64,000 nucleotides of DNA from Pocillopora damicornis (GCF_003704095.1 NW_020843402.1:1116001-1180000), one strand, 5' to 3'. Counted from the stretch's first letter, positions 12,982 through 28,100 are shown. Notes: a model not told the origin generated them from the sequence alone. Translations and numbers: made by a program.

Positions 12982-15900
12982 ATGGTTAAAGGAACCGTCG
13001 GGAAACCGAAAGTCAGAATTCGAACGCTACTATGGACGTTTGTGTGTTGTTGTCTGGTAATCAACTCTGCTTCAGCTCAACAATACGTATTTCAAGTTCA
13101 AGAAGAATTAGCACCTGGAGCTCCTGTTGGGACCATTAATACTTCACAAGGAGTAACATATTCATTTGAAGGAAATCCATCGCGGTTTACGCTTAATTCT
13201 CAAACCGGTGCCATAAGTACAACATCTCGGATCGATCGAGAGACATTGAGCAAAAATCCGATTACTTTGCAAGTTCGTTCGTCGTCCTCGGCAACACTTA
13301 TCAACGTGCTTGTACATGTTGGCGATATCAATGACAATTCGCCAGAGTTTTCTGCTTCAGTTTATCCAGTTAATTTTTGGGAAAATGTTGTGGTTGGAAC
13401 CAAGTCTTCGTTAGTATCAGCGACTGACAAGGACGCTGGACAAAATGCCAACATAGACTATGCCATTGTGTCCGGCAACGAAGCTGGGAAATTCAAACTC
13501 GGTAGGAATTATACCGAATGCAATGACTCCCTGTTGTGTATAATCACACAAGGAAAACTTGATCGTGAGGATGTAGCTTTTTACGAGTTGAACATCTCTG
13601 CCAGCGATCGAGGAAGACCTTCGCTGCATGCTTATTGTTTGTTGAATATTACAATTTTGGATTTAAATGACAACAAACCTGTGTTTACAAGTAACTTGTA
13701 CAATGCTACCTTGGATGAAAACACTCCAGCTGGCGTAGAGATTTTATCTGTGACTGCAACAGACTTGGATCAGGGCTTAAATGGTGAAATAATGTATTAT
13801 TTCGTGAACGATGTAGACAATCTGAACAATGATGCAAGCATGTTTAAATTAAACGCCACCTCTGGAGTCATTAGGACACTCCACCATCTCGACTACGAAC
13901 TTAAAAAGTCATATATCTTCGAAGTTTTCGCCAGAGACAAACCTGAAGAAGGACAGGCGAATGTAAACAAGACAACAGTACATATCTTTATACAGGATGT
14001 CAACGAAAACAAACCAACAATACAAATATATTATGTGAATGCTCAAGTTTCTGAGGCGTCTGAAAACGGCACAGAAATTGCAACTGTCGTTGTGCGAGAT
14101 CTTGATAATCCTTACCCTTCAAATGACCAATTTGAGATGTCTCTTTCAAACACAAATGGTAGTTTTGCTTTGAGCTTTGTCTTTTCTGCAAACCGCATAG
14201 GCTCCATGTACAAACTACAGACCAAGGGTTCTTTAGATCGTGAAATGTTTGCAACTTACAATATCACAGTGACTGCGAAAGACAAAGGAAAACCTGTTCT
14301 TTCTGCATCTGCTCATGTGCTGGTGTCTGTTGTTGATGTGAATGATGGAGTACCAACATTTCCCAAGTTGAATTACCAAGCATCAATTAGTGAAATTGCA
14401 CAGAATGGAAGTACAGTTTACTCTGTTCAAGCCTCAGATTCTGATGGAGGCTCTAATGGTCAGATTTCTTACTCGATTCTAAGCGGTAATTCTTTGAATT
14501 GGTTTCAAATTGACTCACTCTCAGGTCTTATCAGCACTGCTGCGCCTCTGGATAGAGAAGTTTCCAAGCAGATTTCCCTGACTGTGCTCGCCAAGGACAG
14601 TGGATCACCACCTCTTAATAGCAGCACAGTGGTAACTGTAACAATTAAGGATGTGAATGATAACAAGCCAACTTTTTCTAGGAGTGCTTACTTTGAAAAA
14701 CTAGCCGAGAATTTAAGGCCAGGAACTGTTATTATGACATTGAATGCAACAGATGATGACAGTGGTGATAATGGGAATGTGACATACAAAATTGATTCTG
14801 CTTCTCAACAAGTACTGAATACCTTCAGCCTTAATCCTCTCACTGGTGTTCTTACTACCAAAGTTAGACTTGATCGGGAGATGAAAAGCTCCTATACTAT
14901 TCCGGTGAAGGCTTCTGATCATGGAAATCCTCCACTGTCATCATCAACTTTAATACATTTGAATGTTGATGATGATAATGATAATCATCCAGTATTTTAT
15001 CCTGTTACTTATGTGGAAACTGTGTTGTCTAATGCACAGTCCACAGTTATCACTCAGGTGATGGCAACAGATGCTGATGATGGAACAAATGCACAGATTA
15101 TCTATGCCATTGCAGCTGGGGATAATGGTAATTTCTCCATAAATAGCTCCACAGGGGAGATTATATCATCACCACCTCTCACCAAAGGTTTTTACAAGCT
15201 GAACATCACTGCTCAAGACTTGGGCGGTCTTTATGCAAAAACTTCAGCCACTGTTGAGATCACTGTGCAGGTACAATCTGATGACCCTCTTAAATTTGAG
15301 CACAGCATCTACAATTTTTCAGTACATGAGAATGTCCCTTCTGGGACGTATGTTGGAAAAGTTATTGCTACGACAAAAAACAACAACAACAGCAGCATTC
15401 AGTACGAAATCATTTCTGGTGATCCACAACACCATTTCACTGTGGATGGTTCTGGTGGAGTTATTATGGTCAATGGACTTTTGGACAGAGAAAAGAAAGC
15501 AAACTATGTCTTAAGTGTGATTGCAAAAGCCTATCTCTTGTCAGCAACCACATCTGTGGAGATAGACATTCTGGACAGAAACGACAACCAGCCAGTATTC
15601 AAATCTCCTAGTGCTCAAGTGACCATTGATGCTAACTGGTCAGTGAACAAACAAATTTATGTGGCATCTGCTACTGATGAAGATGCTGGTCTGAATGGAT
15701 TGGTTCGTTATCAGTTGACTGCTGATGGTAATGGACTCTTCAAGGTTAATGCAACATCAGGGGTGATCTCCCTGTCTAAGAAGATAACCAACATTGATGA
15801 TTCTGATTATGTTGTGCAAGGGTTTGCATCTGATGCAGGAGCTCCTCCACTTCGCTCTCCTTTCATGTTAACTGTGAAGATTATCACTTATCATCCCCCA

Positions 15901-18900
15901 CAATTTTTGTTGTCATCCCTTGTGGCAGATATTCCCAGGGATTTGCCTGTGGGAAAACATTTTCTTCCTGTTATTGCGGTTGATCCAGATCCTGGTGTCA
16001 ATGGAGTGTTAACTTATGCAATTGATTCAACAGGCAATGAAGAAAAACTGTTCGGAATTTCTTCTCATGGTGCACTCTTCGTAAATAAGGAGCTCAGCAG
16101 AGCAAATGGCACATCTACCATCTCTGTTTCTGCAACTGACATGGGAACTCCACCTCTCAAAGCTTCCATTACAGTGACTATCAATGTGAAGAGCTCAATA
16201 CAGTATCAAGCCATATTTGCTAATAACACTTTTGAATTTTTTATTCTTGAAAACAAACTTCCTGGAACTACTGTTGGCCACCTACTTCTTCACGAAGATG
16301 GTTCTTTGAAAACCAAGAAAATAACTTTTTCTCTTGTTGAGGCTCATGATGATTTTGTGGTGGACTCCGATACAGGACGAATCTTCACAAGAGGAATGTT
16401 TGATCGTGAAGAACTAGTTGCTCAAAGTGGAAAGAATGTGTTGACTTTCCTGGTAAAGGCAGAATACAGTGACACATCACTCAAGCAAGATTCTGCAGTA
16501 GTGGTTGTGACTGTTAAGGACCAGAATGACAGTCCTCCAGAGTTTCGCCGTTCAGTGGCTTATATCACAGTCCAAGAGTTTTCTGGATTAGGAGTTGTTT
16601 ACAGAGTGATAGCTTCTGACCCTGACGAAGGAGATAATGCTAAGTTTAATTTCTCTATTGTGGATGAACCCAAATCCGAAGTGTTTTGGATCGACCCACT
16701 TAGTGGGAATCTATTCCTTAACAGCTCACTTGACAGAGAAAACATAGATCATTACAGTCTAACTGTGCAGGCCACAGATATTGCAGATGCCTCCTTGTTC
16801 TCTCAAAAGCATCTTGAAGTTATTGTTGGTGATGCTAATGACAACAAGCCCAACTTCACGAAGGAGTTTGTCACAGTGAATGTTTCTGAGAGTTTGCCCG
16901 TATCTTCTCAAATAGCCGTTGTTCAGGCAACAGATAGAGATATAGGGGTCAACTCTGAGATTGCCTACGCCATTGCTTCTGGCAATTTAGAGGCTGTCTT
17001 TGATATCAACCACTTGACAGGGGAGGTGTTTCTTACTAAGTCTCTGAACTTTGAAAGAACCAGGAGTTACACCCTGAACATTACGGCAGTTGATCGTGGG
17101 AATCCACCCCAGTCTGCAATGTCAAAAATTTCAGTGAATGTCCTTGATGACAATGAAGCTCCTGTGTTTGTTGATAAACTAAATACTATCAGAGTTCAAG
17201 AAAATGTCAATGCTGGGGAGCAGATTGGACAATGCTTAGCAACTGATGAGGACAGTGGGGAACGTGACCGCATAACATTCAGCATTGATAGCCAAACACC
17301 TACGGAAGAAATGGCATTTGAGATAGACCCGTACACCTGTGTGATTACCACAAAACGAGAACTTGACCGTGAACACACCAGCCTCTACAAACTTGTAATC
17401 AGGGCAATAGATAATGCAAATGCTCCGATGCAGCTTTCTGCAACGAAAGAGATCACTGTTGTTGTAGAGGATGTGAATGACAATAATCCCAGGTTTGTGA
17501 CTGCACCAGCTGTTGTAGTGAAGGGTGATGAAGCTCCCAATGATGTGATAGCAACTCTGTCAGCCTATGATAAGGATGCTGGAACAAATGGTTTGGTGAC
17601 CTACAAAATCACGCAAGATGTCGACAATATTTTCCAAGTGAATGTCACCACAGGAAAGTTATCCATGAGATCTAGGTTACCTTCAAAGAATGTGTTCCAC
17701 CTTACAGTATCAGCAACAGATGGTGGATCACCATCTCGTAGCACAGATGCTGTAGTAACAGTGTTCAAGGAAGGAGGACCAAACAGTAACCTTGCCTTCA
17801 GCCAGGCAGTCTATAGCACCTCTGTGTTAGAAAATGCCAGCAATGGGACATCTGTGACTAAAGTCAAAGCAGTTGCCCCTGGATCACAGATCAAGTACTA
17901 CATCGCCTCTGACTCCAGCAATGGTTCATTTCTCTTAAATCCTGACAATGGCGAAATCACAACTGCCTTCGAGCTTGATCGTGAGAGTTTTTCTACCTCG
18001 CTTTTTTCGCTGACTGTATTTGCAGTTGATTTGACGGGACAAAACCCTAAGACTGGAAATGTCACAGTTGACATTTATCTGAATGATACTAATGACAACA
18101 GCCCCGTATTTGTGTCAAATGTTTACAGATCAAGTGTAAAGGCATACACATCACCGGGTGTCAGTGTTACTACTGTTTTTGCGCTCGACGAAGATGTTGG
18201 CTCAAATGCGAAGGTTACGTATTCCATCGTTAGTGGTAATGATGGTAATGTATTTCAGATAAATGGCTTAACTGGTGTTCTAACCGCCGTCAGACTACTT
18301 AACCAGAGTTCCAAAGCTGTGTACAGGTTAACTGTGAATGCAACAGATGGTGGATCACCTAAACGGTTCTCAAGCTGCAGTGTTGTAGTGACGGTGCTTC
18401 CTGCTAACAACTATACGCCACAATTTTCCCGTCATTTCTATTCATTTAATGTTCAGGAGGAGACAGCGGTCGGCATAATCTTTGGGACAGTCAGCGCCTC
18501 AGACCGTGACAGTGGATCAAATGGGAGAATCAGATACAGCTTAACAGGTAACCACAAGGATGTGTTTTCAGTGGAGCCAATCAGTGGCAATTTAAAGGTT
18601 GCAAAATGGCTTGACAGAGAGGAAGTTGAAATCTATATCCTGAATATTTCAGCCAGTGATCAAGGTGACCCATCTTTGTTTGCTTACACTGAAGTTTATG
18701 TGAATATCCTGGACAAAAATGACAATGCTCCACAATTTAATCCAAGTTCATATTCTGTGAGTGTCTCAGAAGCTACTGGAATCCACTGCAATATTTTGAC
18801 TGTTACAGCTACTGATAAAGATTTTGGCTCCAATGCACTTCTTACATACACAATTCTGTCAGGAGATGATGACCGCACCTTTTCTATTCATCCCAATGGC

Positions 18901-21900
18901 ACTATCTACAACCTTAGAGAATTCGACCGTGAAAAGAAGAGCTCTTACTTTCTCACCATCCTGGCCAGAGACAAAGCAGTTCCAATTTCGGCACAACTTT
19001 CCAGCACAGCTACCGTGACGGTGGATATTGGTGATATCAACGACAACATCCCTGACTTTATATCCGGTAATATCAGTCATGTGTCTGAGCATGCTTCAAC
19101 GGGTGATGTTGTCACAACTGTTCTCGTAGTCGATCTGGACGCTGGAAGTAATAGCGAGGTTAGCTTCAGTCTCGCCAATATTGGTCTGGTTCCCTTTACT
19201 ATAGGTTCGAGTGATGGTGTGCTGCGAGTCGCTGGAATGTTGGATCGCGAAATTCAAGAGGAATACGTAATAAAATTGGTTGCAACTGACATGGGTGTTC
19301 CAGCAAAGCGCGCAGAATTTGAGATGACTGTGATAGTTGATGACTACAATGATCATGCACCGGTCTTTAAGCCTAGTCCACCTGAAGTGCAAGTTTATGA
19401 GAACATTTCAATAGGAAGTGAAGTTGCCCGCTTTTCAGCCACAGATGATGACGAAGGAAGCAATGCAGAAGTGACGTTCAGTGTCGTGGCAGGACGTGGA
19501 GATGGAAGCTTTGAGATAAATCCCAGAAATGGGATCCTCCGCACCATTCGGTCCCTGGACAGAGAGACCACACCCAATTACACAGTTGTTGTGCGAGCAT
19601 CTGATCGAGGAGTGCCGTCCATGTTTGCAGACCGAGATTTGGCGATCTTCTTGCGCGACGTCAATGACAACACGCCCACCTTCTCTGAACCTTCTTACAC
19701 GAAACATGTTACTGAAAACCAGCTACAAAGCAATATAATCATTTTAAGAGCAGTGGACGATGACGAAGGCAGAGACGGCAGTGTAACTTACAGTATCGTC
19801 CAAGGTAACGAACGTGGTGTCTTTACTGTCAACAGCAACACTGGCCAAATAGGACTCAGGGTCTCTTTGGATAGAGAGGAGCAGGAAGAGTATAAACTGA
19901 GAGTCCAGGCTAAAGATGGAGGGTCTCCTTCCCGGGTAGGAGAGACTGAACTCATCGTAAAAGTGGATGACGAAAATGACAATTCTCCCGTGTTTAGTCC
20001 CGACAAACTGAGAGCTTCAGTAAAAGAAAATGCTCCCGCAGGTACAAGTGTGTTCCAAGTGACTGCAACGGATGCTGATACGGGTATCAACGGAAAAATT
20101 ATGTACTCTCTGTCCAAGAGTTTTGAGTGGTTTGAGATTGACCGTGATACTGGGGAAATAACAACCAAACCCACCGCTCGCCTCAATCGTGAACTTAACC
20201 CAGAGTTTGAGCTCGAAGTGCTCGCCACTGATGGAGGGATCGCAAGTCGAGAAGGGAAAGCGTGGTTACATCTTACCGTTGAAGATGAGAACGACAATGA
20301 TCCAATATTTGATTCCAATCTGTACACAGCTACAGTAGCACCAGCAGCCCCTCCAGGTACTTTTATCATGATGGTGTCTGCTACGGATCAAGATATAGGC
20401 CCTAACGCGGAAACAGAGTACACGATAACGAGTGGTTTTTCTCAGGTCTTCAATCTCGCACCCAAGACAGGTATTGTATCAGTGGCTCAAAACGTTCCCC
20501 AAAGTCCTTCTTCATATACCTTTGGTATAAAAGCTACTAATGTCAACGCTCCCCAACGCTCTGCGTCTACTAAAGTCCAAATTGATGTGGCGACAGGAAC
20601 AATACCAGTATTTCAACACCTGGACCAGACGATAACAGTCTCTGAGCATGCACCAGTGGGCACTGAATTGGTAACTGTAAATGCCACCGGTCACATCATG
20701 TATTTTATCGCCGCAGGGAACATTGGAGATGCTTTTGAAGTTGGCAAACTTGGTGGAGACGTAACCATCAAGTCACCTTTGGATTACGAGGAACGGAAAA
20801 ACTACACTTTGATCGTCGGTGCAAAGGCATCTGGCAGCCAACCACTTTCAGGTTTTGTGAAAATTCACGTAAATGTCGCAGACGAAAATGACAACCTCCC
20901 AGTGTTCAGTAAGAACATTTATCGAGCGGACATTCGCGAGGAACTTCCAATAAATACAACAGTTCTGTGGGTATCGGCCTCTGATGCAGATTCCTTGGCT
21001 TTTGCCAAGGTGGAATATAAATTGGACCCGGGTAACATGCAGGCTAGTTCAGCTTTTAAAATTTCAGCCAAGAACGGGCGTGTCTCCACTAAAATCCAAC
21101 TCGATCGTGAAAATATCTCTTCATACACTTTTATGGTTCGCGCTGAAGACGTGGCAAACAAATCCTTGGCAAGCGAAGCCGCTGTGATAATTAACGTACA
21201 AGATATTAATGACAACATCCCTGTTTTTGAAGATCCTCTGACTGCATCTGTTTACGAGAATACCACTGTAGGAAGCTTAGTGGCATTGCTTAAGGCTCAC
21301 GATGCCGACACCACCCAGGTCAGCACTCGTTTGCAGTTTAGATTCGCTGCCGGTGGAAATCCAGGCAATACTTTTGGTCTTGATACATACAGCGGTAGAT
21401 TGACTCTGAGCAAGAATTTAGATCGGGAGAAACAATCCCACTACACTCTACAAGTTAGAGTGAGTGACTCACAACACATAACTATGTCCAACTTCACTGT
21501 GACTGTTTTAGATGTAAATGACAACCCTCCAAGATTCATCTCAGATCCTGTGACACACCAAATCCCCGAAAAGTTTGCAGTTGGAGCACCGGCTTTGAAC
21601 GTGAGTGCAACTGATGACGACTTAGGCACCAACGCTGAGATTTTGTACTCGATTCGTCCGTCACCTGCAAGCGATGCATTCACAATTGACCGCCAGACGG
21701 GTGTTCTTCGCCTTTACAGAGAACTAATATACCACAAGCCAAGTGCTCCTGGAAATAATAACTTCTATAATTTGACAGTGAAAGCATGGAATCCGTATGC
21801 GCCATTCCACGAGAAAACAGTTAATGTTGTGATCGAGGTGACCGATATCAATGACCATGCTCCGGTGTTCGAGTCTTCATCGTATGTGTTATTCGCCGTT

Positions 21901-24900
21901 GTTCGTTCAACGGCCGGCGAGACGGTTGGTCAGGTGCAAGCGGTCGATAATCGGGATGACGGTGCCAATGCGCGTGTACGTTACGAGGCAGTCAGTGGAA
22001 ACGGTACATCATTATTCAACATAGATGCAGATAGTGGGAATGTTACCGTGGGTGGAACGTTAAATGTCCTAGGTTTATACCACGTAAGGGTCAGAGCTCA
22101 AGACTTAGGAAAGCCAGTTCAGGAAAGTTTTACCAACGTCTACGTGGAAGTTGTCGAAGTCAATGCCTTCGCTCCAAAATTTTCACCTGGCCAGACTGTT
22201 CTTTCCATATCGGAAACAAAGGCTGTTGGGGATGAAGTTGTCAAAGTTGAAGCCAAAGACCAGGATACCGGAACGAATGGTCAAGTATCCTATCACATCG
22301 ACAGCAGTAATCCGCCGGGATTCTTTGGAATTGGTCGTAAGAACGGGTCAATCTATGTGATTAAGACGCTGGATTATGAAGTTCACAAAACATTTTTACT
22401 TTCGGTTGTGGCTTCTGACGGAGGGAAAATTGCCCGCACAGACAAGCACACTGTTCAAATAACAATCTTAGACGCAAATGATAACCGACCAGTCTTCACA
22501 CCTGAGGAATACCACGGATATATACCCGAGAATACAGCTCCTGGAAAGCTGATAATTACTGTTACGGCACGAGATCCTGACACTGGTGACAGCGGACAGG
22601 TTGAGTACAGCATCTCCAACACCGCATTACTGGGCTCGTTTGAAATAAATTCAGGAAGCGGGGAAATAAAGAGCAAGGTTATCTTCGACTATGAAGTGCA
22701 ACGGCTGTACGAGTTGACCATCATGGCCAAAGATCGGGGTACACCATCATTAATCTCACAACCAATGGCCAAAGTTTTCATTCACGTTACTAGTGTTAAT
22801 GAATTCACACCCAAGTTTAACAAGTCATTGTTTACGGCTTCTGTGGCCGAGAACGCACCGGTTGGGCAGTCTGTGAAACAGATATACGCCACTGACCTGG
22901 ACAAAGGACCCGATGGTAAAATTGTGTTTCTACTGGTCGGTGAAAGTAAAGACCAGGGATTCAAGCTCGACAGATCAACCGGGGTTTTAAGTGTCTCAGG
23001 AGGCTTGGACAATGAGAAAGCTGGTGTCGTCACCCTTCGTATTCTCGTCAAGAACGCGTTACAAACGAGTGTGACACCTAATACCAGCGATCTGTCAACT
23101 GTAATCGTAACTGTCACGGACGCTAATGATGCTCCCCGGTTTCTGCAAATTGTATATAACGCCCTAGTGAGGGAAGAACAAACTGCCGGTCAACTTGTTA
23201 CCAGTGTCACTGCTGTAGACGATGATATAACCAAGCAGCCGACAGGGATAACATATGGAATTGTGGCTGGTAATACTGGAAATGCTTTTGAAATCGATAA
23301 AACCACTGGTGCAATAACAACAGCAAGGAAGTTAGACAGAGAAACTATTGCTCACTACCGTTTGACTGTAAGTGCTACAGACCAAGGGCGGCCGCCCATG
23401 TCAGGCAACGCTACTGTCAATGTCAAGGTTGATGACATCAACGATAATGCGCCACGCTTATTTTCAAACTGCACGGGTATGATCAAGGAAAACCAACCCG
23501 CTGGTACCACAGTGGTGACATTGCAGGCTCACGATCGAGATATTGTTCCAAATCGAGGACCATACGCTTTTGCTATCAATGGTGCTGACTATGGAAAGTT
23601 CCAAGTGAGCAGTAGTAGTGGTGAGATCACAACCACAGCTGAGCTGGACCGCGAAAAGATTTCTTCCTACAATTTGTCGATCAGGATCACGGACAGTGGC
23701 TCTCCGAAGCTCCAGGCTGTGTCACACTGTCAGATGCTTGTCCAGGATGTGAATGACAATCCACCCCAAGCAACCTCACGTGTGGTGCATGTGAATAGCT
23801 TTAACAGCTTTGCATCGGGGCTAGTAGCTAACGTCCCACCTAATGACCCGGATGTTGACGACAAACTGACCTGCAAGATCATCCGGGATAGCGAAGGATT
23901 GTTTAGATTCACTCCGGGAAGCTGTATACTGAGTACAAACAAGAGATACGACGGAAGTGCTGAACTGGACATAATGGTGAACGGATCTGATGGAAGATCT
24001 GCTGTTGAATACAATGTTAAAGTGCGTTTTGTCGCCTACAACTCGTTAACCATCAACAACAGTGTAACGGTGCGAGTGATGAATTCATCTCCAGAAACTT
24101 TCCTTGCACAATCCTATCAGAAGTTCATAGATGCCATCAACCGCATTCTTCCAGCAGGCCATGTCTCTCAGCTATTCAGTGTGAAGTCAATTGCAGGCGA
24201 TTTTGTCGATTTGTCGATTGCTGTGAAAAAAGCACATGGCGGTCTGTACATGGTACGAGAGACTCTCTCTGACCTGCTAAGCCAAAACAAACCTGATATA
24301 GAGAGAAATGGTAAAGTACAAATCCAACAGGTCGACTACACTCCCTGCACTGCTCACAGCCCATGCCAAAATGGCGGCGAGTGTACAAGTTACATTCAAA
24401 CTCGAGGAACAACGAGCACATTGACCTCAGTGCCTGTGGTGTTCTTGTCTGTGGATTATGACTGGCGCTTTACCTGCGTGTGCAAACCGGGTTACAAAGG
24501 AGAGAGGTGTGAGATCAGCGTGAAAGGCTGCAGCTCCAAACCATGCAAGAATGGTGCTACCTGCTTGGATAGGGACCACTCGTTCGAATGTTTGTGTCCA
24601 GCTGGATTTAATGGACCCACTTGCGCCAGTGACATCAATGAGTGTGCCAATAAGCCGTGCAAGAACAACGGACACTGCGAAAATCTGGCTGGAAGTTACC
24701 AGTGCCATTGTAAGCCTGGTTACTTGGGAAAGAACTGTTCGTCTGGGTACGATTTCTGTCGAGTGTCCTCGCCTTCAAGTTGGTCCCCGCCTAAGTGCAC
24801 GTGCGCCTCTGGGAAGGCTTGTCGGTGCCCCTGTATTGGCTTTCAATCTGTGTCGTATTTAAAAATGCCAACCCTTAGCAGCCAACAGCAAGGAAAGTTT

Positions 24901-25128
24901 AATAACATCACTATTGAGTTTTCTACCTCCAAGAGCGAAGGGCTGTTACTCTACAACTCGGACGGAAAGTACAGCTTGGATTCCGATTTCATCGCCATAC
25001 AGATCCTCCGTGGTAAGATACAGATGTCGTTTAATCTCGGGTATTCCAGGAGCGCAGTTGTGGTGGAAGCTGGTCAGTCTGTGGACGACGGACAATGGCA
25101 CACAGTCACAATTATAAGAAACAGGAAG
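12982..25128 (+). CDS. FAT4: Fat4-like giant first coding exon (cadherin repeats, EGFs, start of LamG1)
   Basis: Part of the 4082-aa ORF. Donor AAG|GTATGT at 25128/25129, after which the ORF loses LamG similarity. Confidence 0.92.
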
Positions 25129-28100
25129 GTATGTGCCGGTTGCTTGAGTGCTCAAAATATACTTTCTCCTCACTATACCAGTACATTGAACCGAAGACAT
25201 GTGCTGAGAATAACCCAAATAATCAACTAAGACCCCAAGACGTATGGCTGATGAGATGACAAAGTCTCAGCACTAATTTATTGTCAATATGTGGCGATCA
25301 GTCAAGAGAAATTATGTTTTAGTGTTGGACCTGCGAACGACCACAGTTTGCCTTTTTCATTTCCAACATTGTGTGCGAAACAAATTTCACCATTCAGAGA
25401 AAAATCTATTCGCAGATCACCTGATGGTGTCAGTACGATAATTATAAAAGAACTCTTTTTAAGAAGCGCGAGAAATTCGTGATTCTACAGGAGACAAAGA
25501 AACACTCCTCGCGCGCTCATTCTTCTTGTGTGTTTGCGTTGTAGTTAACATGTTTAAACCGACATTTGTTTAAACCCATCTAGGAAGGTAAAGTCACTGT
25601 TGATTCGTCCCGCACAGTGTCCGTGGTTTCCGATGGACAACTAGAGTAAGTATTTCTAAAGGAAAAATTTCGTAGAAAGAGATTGTACGAGCATGCGGTG
25701 CTTATTGAAGATTTAAGTTAATCTCTGAGAATATATTTGGCCACAAGCTTAGCGAATGCTCGTCATAAACGCAATGGCCTGTCGGTCAGCGGTATGGACT
25801 CCGAGTCGAGAGTTCAAGGTTCGAGATCTGGCTCGGTCATGGTGTTTTGTTATTTGGGAAAACAGTTAACTATTACAGTGCCTCCCTCCGCGCAGGAGTG
25901 TAACTGGGTACCAGCAAAATGTTAGAGCAGCCTGACAAAATACAGGGGGAGGGGTGGGGGTAACCTGCGGTGGAGTGGCATCCAGGGGGGAGCATTAATA
26001 TTCTTAGTTGCTCCTTGTTACAGAAACCAGGATAAACTGCGGTTGGAAGGTCATTTGGCTTAATTGCAGACATTTTTATCGGATTTTAACTAGTGATCTT
26101 TTTGCCTCGAAGGAAACTAGACTTGAACAACTCGCCGTTGTTTCTTGGTGGTATAAAGGACTTCGATCAGTCCCTGGATCACCCGGGCAAACACATTCAG
26201 ACTGATGATTTTCTTGGCTGTATGCGGAATGTGTTCATCAACGGCAAGAAACTGGAGCCAAGTGCCGCCACGGAGTCCGGTGGCATCATTGACAGCTGTC
26301 CGCGGTTAGACCAGTGTGCTGCAAACCCATGCGAGAATGGGGGGACGTGTGTTGATTATTGGTTTGAGTACGTGTGTGAATGTCCGAAAGGATTTAGTGG
26401 AAGGAACTGCGAAAAAGGTTGGTGTGATTGTTCTGGAAAAGAATCTCTATTACGCAATTAACGAAAACACAAAAAAATGTGAATTTTCGAGTGGTTAGTA
26501 TTTTCTTAGTTTTTGTCTCCTACGCTACCATTTTCAGTGCCTCTCTAGGGCTAAGCCTCACTGTATGGTAGGGGCTTTCCTTACAGTTATTGGAAACCCA
26601 GTTCATCCTGGCGATTATTCGTGAAACTACAATCCGACACAATTGTGGAAATATTTTCGCAAGGCAGTGAGAGAAAGGAAAAGTTATTGTTAGTTCATTG
26701 TTTATCGATTTCAATCGTTCGTTTTTCTTCTTTATTACAGTGGTACAACCAGTGAAATTTAGCTCGGATAGCTTCCTAGTGCTGCAGTTTAAGGACAGCT
26801 ACCGTCGCGAGCAGCAGCGAAAAGAAAAAGAAGGAATCTCCTCTCGGAGAAGAAGAACAGTGTCCTCCAACCAGGAACAGTTTTCATTCAGATTCCGCAC
26901 TCGGAACATGAACAGCCTTCTCCTTCTCGCCAGTGATTCAACCACGATTGTGTCCTCTGGCTACACTGTGTTGGAGGTAAGCTAATTTTCTATCGGCAAT
27001 GACTTTGATTGAACATTTTTTTATTTTTCCCCATTGAATGAGAACTTTCTAACAAGGTACCTAACTCCAATTAGCATAAAAGCCGCCTACACCTATGTCA
27101 TACACTGTTATGCGCTTGTTGCCGTTTAAATTTCTTCGTCCGTAGTTCGCAATGAAGTTCTTTCGTACCTGTTTAGAGTTACTAATCATTTTTTTTAACT
27201 AATAATAAGTTTCCTTTTTAAAGAGCTCGTTTGAAATCACTTCTCCGGTATCCTCCCATGCTGGCAATTGACTGCGTCCCCACTGTTTCGCATAGCTTCT
27301 GGTCGTGTTTTTATATGAAAGGCAGCAGTTTGAAGATCGTGAGTTATAGGTTTGCGAGTTCTTCCACGGTACTACGTTTTTTTTATAAATGGCGGCGTCC
27401 CTGCAGTAATTTTTTTTTTAGCAAAGTACAGCATTGCTTTGTTTACTTCTTGCTTAAAAACACTCAGCCCTTATTTACGCCGATGTTTTTTGTTACTTTC
27501 TTGAAGATTAAATCTGGAAATCTCAAGTACAGCTTCGGAAATGGGGGTAACATCGCAAGCTTTGAAGTCAAATCTTCCACTGTTTCTGATGGCGAATGGC
27601 ATAATCTTACTGTCCTTCATGTTGATAAGAGCGTGACGGTCACGCTAGACGGTAATATTCATCCAAAGTCATTCGAAAGTTCAGCACACGATTTTCTTGG
27701 TAAGAACATAAGAATCTGGTTCCTTGGTGGTTACGATTCGTCTATGTCGGGCTTGAACTTGGCAAATTTCTCCGGTTGCATGGAAGATCTAAACATCGAC
27801 GGTTTACACGTGTCGTTCTCGGGACCCAACAAGTTCGCTGCAATTTCTTCCCAAGGCGGTTCAGTTGGCGAGGGGTGCGATGGCGGCGGTTTCTGCTCCT
27901 CTGTCATCTGCACAGACTCCAGTAAACCTTACTGCTTCGAAGAATGGGAACTAGCAACCTGTATCAGCGACGAGCAGTGTAAACCGAATCCGTGCGGGGG
28001 GAATGGGACCTGCCAGCCGCAGAAGGACGGTAACTACACTTGTATGTGCAACGGAGAGATCGGAGCTTGCACTGCAACCCCAGGTGAAAGAGGCAGAGAT

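Noticed and set aside
13417-25218. Many 60-190 aa ORFs antisense or out of frame within the Fat4 exon (e.g. 19788-20369)
   Set aside because: Shadow ORFs produced by codon bias of a long CDS; no recognisable motifs.
25129-25230. Last 33 codons of the 4082-aa ORF as a true C-terminus
   Set aside because: Read-through into intron 1; a GT donor at 25129 joins LamG in frame to the next exon.
25770-25840. tRNA gene
   Set aside because: A/B boxes are present but there is no complete cloverleaf, and it continues into a SINE body.
27231-27506. N-terminal part of the 760-aa ORF as a separate gene
   Set aside because: Intronic, with a non-ATG start; similarity begins after the acceptor at 27506.
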